The notes under the pieces were generated by a model that saw nothing but the letters and a program-made list of their open reading frames with translations, was not told where the DNA came from and did no database searches. Position numbers and translations under genes: made by a program. Positions 13,040 to 27,714 of a stretch of DNA of 64,000 nucleotides are shown here, piece by piece (position 1 is the stretch's first letter; the number at the start of each line of letters is the position of its first letter). The stretch comes from Eledone cirrhosa. Lineage: Eukaryota. The DNA is taken from positions 154,628,001 to 154,692,000 of the forward strand of contig OZ024743.1 of the NCBI GenBank assembly GCA_964016885.1. Reading direction: 5' to 3'.

Positions 13040-13458
13040 TATAGTAATAATAATAAATTTGAAGACTAAAATCCAAAGTGGGCTCGATAAGGATAAATAT
13101 ATATCAAATATATAAGAACCGTAGAGCAAATATTTATTAAAATAACAGATTAAAGTTTAAGCAAAGAAACGCTGCTTTCACCCTTAACGAGATCTTCTGA
13201 AATTAACGAAGTCAATCTGTAAACGCAGAAGTGAATATTTCAAAACACGTTGCAACCGAAGAAAGACAGGAAGACGATACTTTGGTTCGTGGAAACGTTC
13301 GCTGGCAAAGAACGGGAAAAAAACGAATATAATACGTCATTAATAGGAGCGGTGAAAACCAATTACGCGCAATTACAGAACCAAGTTTATGGTATAAAAG
13401 AGGTCGTAGACTAATGTTCTCTTAGGTGGTTCATAGAGACGTTCTCTGTCAATGACAG
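13040..13458 (-). mobile_element. Solo 3' end/pLTR of PLE family B with variant hammerhead (13154-13204), between (TA)n tracts
   Basis: Matches 35586-35910 directly and 57600-57983 in reverse complement. Confidence 0.85.
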
Positions 13459-13496
13459 ATATATGTATAAATATAAACAGATATATATATAAATGA

Positions 13497-13597
<101 letters not shown>

Positions 13598-13609
13598 TAA
13601 AAATACATA

Positions 13610-13706
<97 letters not shown>

Positions 13707-13796
13707 TTATATATATATATCTATATATAAAATATTAAACACTGGATTGGATTGGACACTACCGTAAACTCTTGGTAGATTTATCTACATATCTAT

Positions 13797-13929
<133 letters not shown>

Positions 13930-13939
13930 GGTGTGTGTG

Positions 13940-14066
13940 TGTGGCTGAATGGGTAGAGAATTGGATTTACAATCTTGAGGTTGTGAGTTCAACTCCTTGA
14001 GCGGGCGATGCGTTATGTCCTTCAGCAAGACACATTATTTCACGTTGCTCCTTCTATCTGCAGTTG
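13940..14066 (+). mobile_element. SINE family 2 head
   Basis: TGGCTGAATGG A box, GAGTTCAACTCC B box, TGTCCTTCAGCAAGACAC core. Confidence 0.65.
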
Positions 14067-14084
14067 CGACCGATATGTAGCATT

Positions 14085-16397
14085 AGCAAAAAGTGCAAGG
14101 ATTAGGCGGTATGAGAACAGAGTCAGTCAGTATAAACAGAACTGCATGTTTGACAACAACCAGAAGATGTTGTTTGGACAGCTAGAATGGAAAGATAGAG
14201 GCAACGACGTGATCCCTGAGGCTGAACAGACTAAGACATTATGGAGCGGAATATGAGAGCAGCATGTTGAACATAATGGTTAGGCAGTCTGGATTGAGAC
14301 GGTTCAAAAGGACATTAGTAAATAGGCACACCAACAATTTGAGTATCATAGTTGAAACTCTTAAAGGGCAGGCCAAAAAACTGACCAACTGGAAATCACC
14401 AGGCCCAGATGGTGTGCGAGTGTATTGGATTAAAAACATAACATTCTCCACCCGAAACTGACAACCATGTTCAATGACTGCTTGATGTCGAGTGAGGTAC
14501 CAGAGTGGTTGACAAAAGGTACCACAGTCCTGGTAATGAAAGACCCAATCAAGGGTAATGATGTTAGTAAATATAGGCCCATCACATGTCTGTCCGCTAT
14601 GTGGAAACTGTTAACAAGCATTGTGTCTGAGCAAATCTACCATCACCTCCATATAAACAACTAGCTACCTGACAAGTCGAAAGAGTGCCGAAGGAAGTCC
14701 CGTGGTACAAATGACCAGTTACTTATTGATGAGATTGTAATGAGGAATTGTAAGAGGAGGCATATTGGTCTTACTATGGGTTTGATAGATTACAAAAAGG
14801 CATTCGACATGGTACTTCATTCTTGGACAACCAAAGGCCTAGAGATCTTCAAAGTGGCAGATAACATCAGACAGTTGTTGACTACAATTGCGAAGTCCTA
14901 GGAGACAGAGTTAACATCGGGTGAAGAATCATTGGGAGGCGTGAAGATCAAGATATGTATCTTCCAGGGAGATAGTCTGTCACCTCTACTGGTTGTCTTT
15001 GCCCTGATACCTGACCATTATACTGCGAAAAGTGAGAGCAGGGTACAAGTTGGAAAAGGGAGAGCTTATAATCAATCACCTCCTCTTCATGGACGATCTT
15101 AAACTCTTTGGGAAGAGTGAGAAGGAGTTGGATGTACTTGTTGACACTGTCCGTATTTTCAGCAATGATATATGTATGCAATTTGGTATTAATAAGTGTG
15201 GAGTCTCAGTGATGAAGAGGGATAAATTGATCAGAATCAAGGGAATCCAGGTACCAACAGGTGAGATGATAAAGGAAATTGACACTGAGGAGGGATACAC
15301 ATATTTAGATGATCTGGAAGCATATGACATCAAGAACAAAACGATGAAGGAATTGATAAAATCTGAGTACATTAGGAGAGTAAGGAGCGTATTAAAATCA
15401 CGTCTAAATAGTAGGAATGTCATAAGTGCAGTGAATTCCTGAGCTGTGTCTATTATTAGGTACAGTGCAGGAATTCTGAAATGGAATGTTACTGAACAAA
15501 ACGAAATGGATAGGAAGACTAGGAAGCTATTGACTTTCTACAACATATTCCACAAGAGGAGTGATGTCGAGAGACTCTACTTAAAGAGATCTGAAGGTGG
15601 AATAGGTCATATCAGCATAGAGAACTGAGTTGAGATGAAGAAAAACAACCTGCACAAATACGTGACCGACAGTAGGGAATCAATGCTCAGAATTGTACTG
15701 AAGGAGAGGACAATAGACCAGGGGATTTCCAAGGAGGAAATAACAACTTGGAGGAAGAGCAACCTTCATGAAAAATCCTTTCATATTACCTTTTTTTAAA
15801 AAACCGAATTTAGAGATCCACAGACAGGGAACTGGTTGAAAATAGGAAACCTTAAAAAGGCTACAGAAGGAATGATTATGGTTGTACAAGAGTAGGCACT
15901 CAAAGCGAAGTGGGTGAAACACCATATTTACAGGGAGTAGGCTGCCCACTGTGTAGGATCTGTGGAGAAAGAGAGGAGACTGTGGCTCACATTCTATGCG
16001 AGTGTGAACATCTAACCTAGACTCACTATGAATGCTGGAGACATGATATTATGGGCAGGGTGATCCACTGGCACCTATGCAAAGTAAACAATTTACCACA
16101 TTCTGAGAAGTGGTATGGCCATAAGCCAGAGTCGGGAATAAAAAACGATCAGGTGAAGGTGCTATGGGATTTGAGGATACAGACAGATAAGAATCTGGAA
16201 CACAATATACCTGACCTGGTGGTTTTGGACGAGGAAAAAAAGATCGTACCTGATTGTAGATGTAGTAGTGCAAGAGAAGGAGAGGGAGAAATTACCCGAT
16301 ACCAGGTCTTAAAGTGGGAGGTAAAAAGGATTTGGGACTGCCATGAAATCAAAGTGGTCGTGATTGTCATAGGCGCACTAGGTACTATCTCAAAAAT
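14085..16397 (+). mobile_element. Decayed R4/Dong-type (RLE) non-LTR retrotransposon, family X
   Basis: WKSPGPDGV, YRPITCL, DYKKAFD, INHLLFMDDLKLF, CRICG..ETVAHILCEC, RHD, PDLVVLD; many stops. Confidence 0.9.
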
Positions 16398-19300
16398 GTT
16401 ATTATTATTATTATTACAGTTGCATTTATCTTGCTTTATGTTCATACGAGTTATCACCAAGTCACAACCAGTGACCTCAAGAGACAACAAGGTCCGCCAT
16501 GTTCAAGAAAGAACATACATACTCACACATGTATCTTTAATGTTCAGACTTGTGATGTACTTATATTGACAGAATCTTCCTTAGTATATGGGCAGATCCC
16601 ATTAGCATTATCTTTTGTATTTCTCCTATACACGGGTTTCCTGGTATTTGCGATAAGTAATCATTATACCCATTAGGTATCATTCCCAGAGCGCCTACAA
16701 CCACTGGTATCGTTTTAGTTCTCAATTTCCACATTTTTCCAATTTCTATCTCCAGGTCCTTATACTTGCTCAATTTTTCAAATGTTTTTATAGATACATT
16801 CTTGTCTATTGGAACGGACATATCAATTAGCAGGCATACCCTCTTTATAAAGTCCTTCAATATTATATCAGTGCTATTTGCATATATTTTTCGGTCTGTT
16901 TGGATGCTAAGGTTCCACTAGATGGAGATGTGATCTTTTTCAAGTATGGGAGGTGGTTGATGCTCCCACCAATTCTTTTGATGGGGCAGGTCAAAATGCT
17001 TACACATTATCCAATGTATGTATTGTGCAGCTCTGTCATGCCTGTTTAGGTATTCGGTTGAAGCTATAGGACTGCACATTGAAATTATATGGTCAATGGT
17101 CTCTGGTTGTTTTTTGCATACACGGCATAATGGGCTGCATCCGTTTTTTATTATGTTGGCTTGGTAATTTTTTGATGGCTGACACTGATCTTGTGCTGAT
17201 ATAATCAGTCCTTCAGTCTCCGATTTCAGTCCAGAGGATGCCAACCACTGATGGGTTAAAGTTTTGTCAACATCACGATTGTTAGCTCGCTCTGGGTATT
17301 TTCCATACAGAGGCTTTTCTTGCCATTTCTTAGCCAGTTTCTGTAGCAGTTCTTTCTTTGCAGTTACTTTTACCTGCTTTGCTTTTTCTGTGTTTTCCAT
17401 TTCAGCAGTAAATGGGACTTCTGAAATTTGTAGTCCATTACTGTATCTTTGTGCATCTTTTGTAATGGAATTTGATCTTTTGATGCTTTCGTGTTTCAAA
17501 ACGAGTTTGATCATCCAATCATATGATTCCCTTAGATATGTAGATAATCCAATTGTTGGAGTTTTCAACGCAATGTCTAACTGGATTAACCCACGGCCTC
17601 CTTCTTTCCTAGGGAGATATATTCTATCTATATCTGCCTTAGGGTGATGCATTCTGTGCATGGTTAAGAGTTTTCGAATTTTTGCATCGAGCCTACGGAT
17701 CTCTGTGCTTGACCAGTTGATGATATTGTAACTGTAGGTTACTACTGGTATGGCAAGCGTGTTTATGGCATCGATCCTATTCCTTGCATTCAATTCCGTT
17801 GTTAAGATTGCTCTTACTCTGCGGTAACATTCCTTCCTTATCCTTTCCCTCATTGTCGAGTGCTTGAATCCGTCTCCTTCACAAACACCTAGATATTTGT
17901 AAGATTTTTCTTGATCAAGTTCTCTTCTCACGTTCCCCCGTTCAAGATTAATGTCTGAACTCTTCAGCAGCTTTCCTCTGGTGAACGTTGCTTTGGCGCA
18001 TTTGTCTAGTCCAAACTCCATTTTAATGTCATCACTGAACTGCTCCACAGTGGATAATAGCCCTTACAATTGTTCATCATTTTTTGCAAATAGTTTCAGG
18101 TCATCCATGTAGAACAAGTAATTAATAGGTTTTGTCATAGACTTTATATCCATGTTTTGTTTCATTGAGCATTTTACTTAATGGTATAAGTGCGATGCAG
18201 AATAAAAGCGGTGATAAAGAGTCACTCTGAACAATTCCACAATTAATATGAACTTCTCCGGCTTCCAGTGATTTTGTTTCACTATTCAAAAGGAGTGTCG
18301 TTTTCCATGTCTTTATACTGAATGACAAAAACCTCCTGACAACGGGGGATATTTTGAAAATCTGTAAACATTTTTCAATCCAACTGTGTAGCAAACTATC
18401 GAATGCTTCTTTATAATCTATCCAAGCAATCGATATATTTTTATGTCTATTATGACAATCATCCAGTATCATTTTGTTAACCAGAAGCTGATCCTTACAG
18501 CCATATGAGCCTCGTTTACACCCTTTCTGCTCAATGGGAAATAGGTCATTTGTTATCAGGTGGTCATATGTGTATTCAGTTAGGACTGATGTTAAAATTT
18601 TATACATTGTGGTCAAGCAAGTTATCGGTCTGTAATTCTGGGGATTGTTTGTCTCATCATTCTTCGGAAGCAGGAATGTAATGCCGTTAACTAGCCATGA
18701 TGGTATCTTTTCTGGCTCCTTAACTATTTCATTGTAAAGTTGGGCTAACAGCTCATGAGACTCTGTGAAGGCATTTATCCAAAAGTTTTGTATTTTGTCT
18801 TTTCCTGGGGATTTCCATTTGCTGGTTTTTCTTAGAGCCAAGCGCAACTGTTCAACTGTTATATTTTCCCATATTTGTTCCTCAAGGTGAGCTGTATCTT
18901 TCATTTGTCTGTCTATCCATGGGGCATGTATATTATGAACTTCTTCTTCGGCCCAGATCTTTTCCCAGAATTCTTGCACTTCCTCCTTGGGTGGTATTGA
19001 TTTAGCAGTTATTGTTGACTTACCAATTGTTCTGTAGTAGTTTCTTTGGTTGTTTTTGAACATATTATTGTCCTTATAGAAGTTAGATCGTTTTTCAAAG
19101 CGCCTTATACGAGCAGCTTCGGCCGACACTTTTTGATTGATTATTTCTATCAGCATGTCTATGTCACATGTTGATTTTATACTGTACTTTTTTTTCAATT
19201 TTCCAAGTTTAGTTTGTTTAACATGTTCACCTACTTTATAGTTTGTTAACATTTCTATGTCAGATCGGAGAAGGTTTATTTGGCGATTGATGTTCTCTTG

Positions 19301-20390
19301 CCAAGTAGGTTTATTGTGGGAATTCCTTTGTTTTTTCATCTTCACTCCACATAAGTGAGTGGTGACTTTAGCCGATGCATAATAGAGATGATTTAAATCA
19401 GTAATGTTTAGTTTGTTTGTGATTATAATGTTTTTGAGAATTATGTTAGTCTTGTGTATTATCTTTTGGTTCTGTTTGGAGTTCTGGATCTTAGGGAGGG
19501 TGTCTCGTTGCCCAATGTCAGATTCTTTCATTTTCATCCATTCGATCATAATTCCATCCTTCAAGTTGGCAAGTTCATTCTCATTCATTTCTTTATCATT
19601 TACGATCTCATTATTTTCATTTGGAGTTTCATCCTAAGCATGCACTCCCTCCACTTTTTTCGATCCTTTCTTTAATTTGTTCTGTTGCCATTGATTCCGC
19701 CCCAACCCTGGGATTCGAAGTGTTACAGTTTACCTCGTTTTCACTGACACGTGTTTCATTTTCCCTTCGCTGACTTTGTGCTGATAGCTTGATCTGATAA
19801 ATTTCTATATCAGTTAGTAACTTTTTTCTTACAATATTTCTTCGTATATTGGCTAGTTTGTTACTGTCAATATAGCCTCTGTTTTCGCGATGTTTCTTTT
19901 TCCAGTTGATATATGTCTGTTCTGTATTCGATATATTTGATGGGTAGTACATGGCAGTGTAGAAAGCCTCAAGGACTTCTTTATTATCTTCCCTTGACCA
20001 TTTGTCTCTGTTTTTCTTTGGATTTCTTTGTGGTGAGCATGGAGGGCCAACAGTAGGAGTATTCCGGTTATGGGAGGTCTCCAGCTCCGAAGTGATGGGA
20101 AGGTTTGAACCATTAGCTGATTTTTCGACCCGAGTCTGGTTCCTCTCTGAGGGACGCGGCCCTCTTTTACCCGGGTGACGGCCGATCCGGTATGAAATTT
20201 TATCATTAGACATTTACTTTATTTTGTCGCGTTTTATCCTTATCCGCCAAGGGATAATCATTTCGTGTTACCACTTCTAGAACGAGTGTCAACCAAGACT
20301 AGAGGGGTCGTTCTCCCCTAGAGACACGGCTATTCCCCGCCGGCCGCCATCCCGGTATTTCTCGGTCACGGGGTTTTCTTTTTGTTGTTT
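16398..20390 (-). mobile_element. Near full-length R4/Dong-type RLE LINE, family Y, ending in (TAA)n
   Basis: ORF from 20213 to 16561 with a few disruptions. RT motifs (WKSPGKDKI, YRPITCL, DYKEAFD, FYMDDLK), CCHC zinc knuckle (CRVCKKQPETIDHIISMC), RHD and restriction-like endonuclease region; (TAA)n tail at 16399-16415; GC-rich 5' UTR. Confidence 0.93.
16561..20213 (-). pseudogene. RT-RLE polyprotein of family Y (about 1200 codons, disrupted)
   Basis: ORFs 19629-20213, 18122-19588, 16918-18048 and 16561-16860 are collinear pieces of one protein. Confidence 0.9.
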
Positions 20391-21333
20391 TTTTTAAATT
20401 GTTATTATCACGAGTGGTTCCTTAATGTGAGCATAGCGTGGCTTAAGAATGAAATTATGAATAATTGTCTCCACTCCAGGCACAAGGCTAGCATTCACCC
20501 AGTGCATTACAATAATATAATATACTTTTTGCTGTAGTTGCCTGTTATTGTTGTTGGCTATGTCGGTGGTGTTGACGGGGCTTTTTATATTGTTGATGAG
20601 AAAGGGGTGAGCCAGCAGTCCCATAGTTGTTGATGTTGACGTTTGGCCGGTGGCCAGGTCACTAAGTCAATCTATTTATATCTTTTGCTAGCCTCTCCCT
20701 TGTCTAGTGATATCGCCACCTTCCCCTTTCTCTCTCAAGTTAACAGGGTAATAGTGGTGGTAGCAATGAAGGAGATGTGGCGGGGGCGATGGGATAGTGG
20801 TAGCAATGATGGATGGGTTATCTATGAGTTTGTGTTCGTATGTTTAATATATATTGTGTTGACATATTCCCGTAAAATTGGAATTAAACATTTTGTTAAA
20901 ATTTGAGACAATTATAATAGTAATTATTATTATGATGCTGGGATTGATGGTGGTGGTGGTGAAATCACCGTTATCTGGCTGTTATATTTAGTGTGATGGG
21001 ATAGGTGGTGTATCAAGTTCCTGGTGTTGGTGAAATTGCTGTTATTTGGCTGTTTTATATAGTGGAGACAGAGGGTGTTTTCTTCCATTTATAACCATTT
21101 TCTTATTTTGAATACAAAATATATAATACAAAATTGAATATTTGAGCGATATAACAATATAATATGGATCCGAAATTTTATGGGACTTCATTCGGTGGTT
21201 TACGCAACATTTGTACTAAGAATTGTTATTTCACAATTGATTTAAATATGTTAAAAATAAAAAAACTTACGGGAGCGATTTCATGACCTTCTACCACCTC
21301 GTGCGTCTTCTTCCCTTATTCTTCTTATTCTTC

Positions 21334-23820
21334 TTATTATTATTACAGTTGCATTTATCTTGCTTTATGTTCATACGAGTTATCACCAAGTCACAACCAG
21401 TGATCTCAAGAGACAACAAGGTCCGCCATGTTCAAGAAAGAACATACATATTCACACATGCATATTTAGTGTTTAGACTTGTGATGTACTTATATTGACA
21501 GAATCTTCCTTAGTATATGGGCAGTTCCCATTAGTACTATATTTTGTATTTCTCCTATACGCGGGTATCCTGGGATTTGCGATAAGTAATCATTAGCTCC
21601 CTTAGGTATCATTCCCAGAGCGCCTACAACCACTGGTATTGTTTTAGTTCTCAATTTCCACATTTTTCCAATTTCTATCTCCAGGTCCTTATACTTGCTC
21701 AATTTTTCAAATGTTTTTATAGGTACATTCTTGTCTATTGGAACAGACATATCAATTAGCAGGCATACCCTCTTTTGAAAGTCTTTCAATATTATATCAG
21801 TGCTATTTGCATATATTTTTTGGTCTGTTTGGATGCTAAAGTTCCACAAGATTGAGATGTGATCTTTTTCAAGTATGGGAGGTGGTTGATGCTCCCACCA
21901 ATTCTTTTGATGGGGCAGGTCAAAATGCTTACACATTATCCAATGTACGTATTGTGCAGCTCTGTCATGGCTGTTTAGGTATTCGGTTGGAGCTATAGGA
22001 CTGCACATTGAAATTATATGGTCAATGGTCTCTGGTTGTTTTTTGCATACACGGCATAATGGGCTGCACCCATTTTTTATTATGTTGGCTTGGTCATTTT
22101 TTGTTGGCAGACATAATCTTGTGCCGATATAATCAGTCCTTCAGTCTCCGATTTCAGTCCAGAGGATGCCAACCACTGATGGGTTAAAGTTTTGTCAACA
22201 TCACGATTGTTAGCTCGCTCTGGGTATTTTCCATACAGAGGCTTTTCTTGCCATTTCTTAGCCAGTTTCTGTAGCAGTTCTTTCTTTGCAGTTACTTTTA
22301 CCTGCTTTGCTTTTTCTGTGTTTTCCATTTCAGCAGTAAATGGGACTTCTGAAATTTGTAGTCCATTACTGTATCTTTGTGCATCTTTTGTAATGGAATA
22401 TGATCTGTTGATTCTTTCGTGTTTCAAAACGAGTTTGATCATCCAATCATGTGATTCACTTAGATATGTAGATAATCCAATTGTTGCAGTTTTCAACGCA
22501 ATGTCTAACTGGATTAACCCACGTCCTCCTTCTTTCCTAGGGACATATATTCTATGTATATCTGCCTTAGGGTGATGCATTCTGTGCATGGTTAAGAATT
22601 TTCGAATTTTTGTATCGAGCCTACGGATCTCTGTGCTTGACCAGTTGATGACATTGTAACTGTAGGTTACTACTGGTATGGCAAGCGTGTATATGGCATC
22701 GATCCTATTCCTTGCATTCAATTCCGTTCTTAAGATTGCTCTTACTCTGCGGTAACATTCCTTCCTTATCCTTTCCCTCATTGTCGAGTGCTTGATTTCG
22801 TCTCCTTCACAAACACCTAGATATTTTTAAGTTTTTTCTTGATCAAGTTCTCTTATCACGTTCCCCCGATCAAGATTAATGTCTGCACTCTTCAGCAGCT
22901 TTCCTCTGGTGAACTAAGCTTTGGCGCATTTATCTAGTCCATACTCCATTTTAATGTCATCACTGAACTGCTTCACAGTGGATAATAGCCCTTGCAATTG
23001 TTCATCATTTTTTGCAAATAGTTTCAGGTCATCCATGTAGAACAGGTGATTAATGGTTTTGTCATAGACTTTATATCCATGTTTTGTTTCATTGAGCATT
23101 TTACTTAATGGTATAAGTGCGATGCAGTATAAAAGCGGTGATAAAGAGTCACCCTGAAAAATTCCACAATTAATATTAACTTCTCCAGGTTCCAGTGATT
23201 TTGTTTCACTATTCAAAAGGAGTGTTGTTTTCCATGTCTTCATACTTAATGACAAAAACCTCCTGACAACGGGGGATATTTTGAAAATCTGTAAACATTT
23301 TTCAATCCAACTGTGTGGAAAACTATCGAATGCTTTTTTATAATCTATCCAAGCAATCGATAGATTTTTGTGTCTATTATGGCAATCTTCCAGTATCATT
23401 TTGTTAACCAGAAGCTGATCCTTACAGCCATATGAGCCTCGTTTACACCCTTTCTGCTCAATGGGAAATAGGTCATTTGTTATCAGGTGGTCATATGTGT
23501 ATTCAGTTAGGACTGATGTTAAAATTTTATATATTGTGGTCAAGCAAGTTATCGGTCTGTAATTTTTGGGATTGTTTGTCTCATCATTCTTCGGAAGCAG
23601 GAATGTAATGCCGTTAACTAGCCATGAAGGTATCTTTTCTGGCTCCTTAACTATTTCATTGTAAAGTTGGGCTAACAGCTCATGAGACTCTGTGAAGGCA
23701 TTTATCCAAAAGTTTTGTATTTTGTCTTTTCCTGGGGATTTCCATTTGCTGGTTTTTCTTAGAGCCAAGCGCAACTGTTCAACTGTTATATTTTCCCATG
23801 TTTGTTCCTCAAGGTGAGCT
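21334..23820 (-). mobile_element. 5'-truncated second copy of R4/Dong family Y
   Basis: Highly similar to 16400-18893, with the same 3' UTR and (TAA)n tail. Confidence 0.93.
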
Positions 23821-24060
23821 ATTCCGGTCGTATCGGAGGTTTCTTGCTGTTCCCAGCAAGCATGCCTCTTCAAGTTTTCCAAAAAAAGTGGGAATGGGCT
23901 AACTTTCTTTTACCATCCTTGGAAATTCTTTGAGATAGTACCTAGTACGCCTATTACTATCGGGACCACTTTGACTTCATGGCAGTTCCAAATCCTTTTT
24001 ACTTCCCACTTTCAGTCCTGGTATCGGGTAATGTTCTCCCTCTCCTGTCCTTGCACTCGC
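23821..24060 (-). mobile_element. 3' coding fragment of R4/Dong family X
   Basis: Reverse complement of the 16268-16395 type sequence, continuing to EEACLLGTARNLR. Confidence 0.75.
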
Positions 24061-24510
24061 TTAAGTTTTGTAAGTTCTGCTGTGGTCTGAACAGATCTGA
24101 CGAGTACTTCGGGCCTAGATTCTTAATTTGAAATGATTGCCCCTACGTATTGAAACTGTTGATGCTCACTAATTTCTCGCCGTTTACCATGATGTCAGTG
24201 ATGATGCCGTTGGTGTTGTGCGTTATCACTTTAGTGTGTTGTACACTGATCTGCTTTTCGTAGGCGGTGAAGTCTGATCAAGACGTTCCACTAGGTTGAC
24301 TAGGACCTCTTATTTCCCTCCTAAATCACCTATGTCGTCGGCAAAACATTAGTTCATAATAGTCCTGCCATTAATGCAGATTGCCCCTTCATGGTCTTCC
24401 AGTGTGTGTTTTATAATTCTCTCAAAGATATGCTGAAGAGAGTTCGAGGAGGGTAATCAACCTTGTCTTACTCCGACTGTATTTCTGAACCAGTCCCCAA
24501 CGTTGCTAGC
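24061..24510 (-). mobile_element. RTE-clade RT fragment
   Basis: WFRNTVGVRQG..IFERII..LEDHEGAICINGRTI..CFADDIG. Confidence 0.8.
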
Positions 24511-26872
24511 ATAAATTAGTGAAGAGTAATTTATGATACATTTTCCTCTTATTATAATTGCTTAATATACTTATATAGCTAGACAACGCATATTATGTAT
24601 TCCAGCGAAGGGTACATTCAATGTATAACAAACTTCCAATAAAACGAAATCGATGAATGCGTATTACAGTTAGTGCCTCAATAATGTCTAGCATATAATC
24701 TCAATATTGTTATTTCTCACACAAGGTAGTTGCCTTTTTATGCAGGTTACTAATGTCATTGCTTATTAGTCTTAGCCCGAGGATTGGTTGATGAAATAAT
24801 GGTTTAGAATGAATGGGTAAACTGTCAGATAAAATATTCTGAGATAATATAACATTTTATTCAAATTTATGTTATTCGATCATACTTCCGATCACGATAA
24901 GTACGGTACCATTCAAATTATGAGCTCGGTACTATCATCTATATCCATTCCTCAAATGAGAGCTTGCGCCTATCGTCAGAAATACTGAAAAAATAATATT
25001 TACGATATAAATGTCTGGTTATTATTTCATTGTAAATTATATTAAGTATTACAAGCATGAAGTTGAAACAGAAAAGAGCCTCTATTATAAAACTTTAAAC
25101 CTATTGTTAAGCTGTCTGCAATGTAATTTGAACTACAGGGATCACAATGTAATAGGGAACATCTGTATTATATATTATATTATTACTACAATGTAAAAAT
25201 GTCTATTTAAAAAGGTGTTTTAACTTCTTAGAATTATCTGGCATAACCGATTGCCAAACTACCTCACATTAATAAAATCTAATGGCATACTACTTTTAAT
25301 AATCTATATTCTGCTGACGCATGTAAGCTATATAATGTAACCTCTCTTGCAAATGTAACTGATTTCATATCAATGAAAATATGAAGACTTTGAATCACAT
25401 ACGTCTTTTAATCATTTGATGGCAGGGAACAACACTTGACAAATAGCCAAATACCTACGAAACCTCTCTTCCGCACGCTTTATAACCTACGCCTATTTAG
25501 CTCCATGTCACTTCCTTTTTGCAATAGAATATAGAAAATGAGTACATGGAAAAGACCAGAGATTGGTCGTATTTATTTATGTTTGAATAGCAGAGTATAC
25601 ATCGTTTATATACTTTACTCATAAAATATTGCTAGCAATTATGGTTTGCAATTGGACCAGAGTACATGATTGGCACATAGCTTTTTCAATCCCCAGACTA
25701 AGCTTGTGGCCTTTTTTAATTCTTCAGTACCTGTTATATTATTGTGGCAATGATTTACATTTTCCCAAAAGTTGGATGTGCCCAGCGAAAATAAATCAAT
25801 AGTTCTTTAACTAAACTTTACAAACTGATAAGAAGAATTACAAGTGCAGTCAAATGTTATCTATGAATTGGGTTGAAACTTATGTTTCTGTGTTGTAAAG
25901 CTGTCTAATGTCTTATCAGTAACTTCCTCACCCATCGCAATATGTTCAGTATCATGTGAGCTATTGATCTCTTTAAAGTGAACAATTATTTTAACCTGCT
26001 TAAGCACTTTATGTATGTCTGTGTTAATCGATCACAGAATCTATTTAACTTCTAACTTCTTTAAACATTAAGCGAATTTTAAAGACAATTTCCTACAACT
26101 GAACGTTACATTTTACTCTTTGCGATATTCTAACCAAAACTGTATATGGTTATTAATGGTGAAATTATAGATTCCTTGCTGACAAAAATCAGTTATCAAT
26201 AATTTAAATGTGATATCTAATGAATTCGCTTTCTCTCCAACTGAGTTTCATGGACAATGGCAAAAGTAGCATAACGCCTTTTCGTTAAGATGTTGATATA
26301 GTAACCACATTATATTAGAAGAAATCAACATGAATGATTGCTATTTCGAAGTATCCTGGTGAATATCACCTTTTTTATTTTGTTTTGAACAGAATAATAT
26401 AAATATAAGGAATGAGATTAATTTAAATTATGTCTACCTAGAGTACGTTAGTGAGGAGAACATTAAGCTGAAGATCTCGCCTCGTCCTGTTGGTGAGTGC
26501 AAAATTAATGTTCACTTTCTCGTGTATGCTGTCAAACTGATTAATATAATGTTGATGTTTTTCCTTTATATCAATTGTTTGCTGGCAATATACTTATATG
26601 AACGTTAAAATGGTTCATACAGTATATGTATTAAAAGATACACTACAACTACAAGAAGATAAATGTACTTGTTCGGACATATCTAACACATAAATACTGC
26701 ACGATACGTGAACAGAAAGACGATACTAAGCGGTTAAATACAGCAGTGGAATGTTGAATGGTGATGACACAAATGAGGAGCGACAGTGGTGAAAATTTCC
26801 AAATGTTTACACATGTACACAAACATTAAACATATCAAGTTATGATAATGAGGATCATAATAATGATAACAA

Positions 26873-26982
<110 letters not shown>

Positions 26983-27243
26983 AAAAAATGAAACAACATT
27001 TATTTTCTCACTCTTAGTACAGCTGTTACTTAAATATAAGTATGTATACGTACATACATATATGTATACAGACGTACAATAGCATGTATATATATACATA
27101 CATGCACACACATATATATATATGTACGTATATGTACCGAACATTTATTATAATGCTCGGTTCGTTTGTAAACAAACATCCCGAATTAAGCCGTACAATG
27201 TTTAATAACCATCATTGCACATTTGTTCAACACTGACAAAGGA

Positions 27244-27286
27244 ACGATGTACTAGTTTCAAGCTTATTTGCTATCGTCAGCATCGT
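27244..27286 (-). ncRNA. Minimal type I hammerhead ribozyme (intact)
   Basis: acgaug-CUGACGA-u.agc.aaauaa.gcu.u-GAAA-cuag-UA-caucgu: perfect 6-bp stem I, palindromic ACUAGU stem III, GUA cleavage triplet. Confidence 0.88.
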
Positions 27287-27671
27287 ATACCTTCCTGCCA
27301 GATGATTGCACGTCTGAAAGTATATACTTTTATTATGCATATTAATGGCTGAGCAGCCTAATTTGCATATCGAGTGAGTTAATCCACCGGGCGCACCGAA
27401 AACGATAAATGGAAAAACTGAAACGAAATTTCATTTATATCTTAGTATGGCTGTTACTTAAATATAAGTATGTATACGTACATACATGTATGTATACATA
27501 CGTACAATAGCATGTATATATATACATACATGCACACATATATATATATGTACGTATGGATTTACCGAACATTTATTATAATGTTCGGTTTGTTTGTAAA
27601 CAAACATCCCGAATTAAGGTATACATTGTTTAGCAACCAACGTTGCCCTTTTCTTCAACACTGACAAAGGA

Positions 27672-27714
27672 ACGATGTACTCGTTTCAAGCTTATTAGCT
27701 ATCGTCAGCACAGT
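27672..27714 (-). ncRNA. Minimal type I hammerhead ribozyme (second unit, weakened stems I and III)
   Basis: acugug-CUGACGA-u.agcu.aaua.agcu.u-GAAA-cgag-UA-caucgu. Confidence 0.7.

Noticed and set aside
16051-16569. Novel fusion ORFs 16051-16569 and the N-terminus of 22914-23882
   Set aside because: Read-through across junctions between separate LINE insertions.
24520-26860. Possible host exons or transposase in the long AT-rich unique stretch
   Set aside because: No recognisable motif or sustained reading frame.
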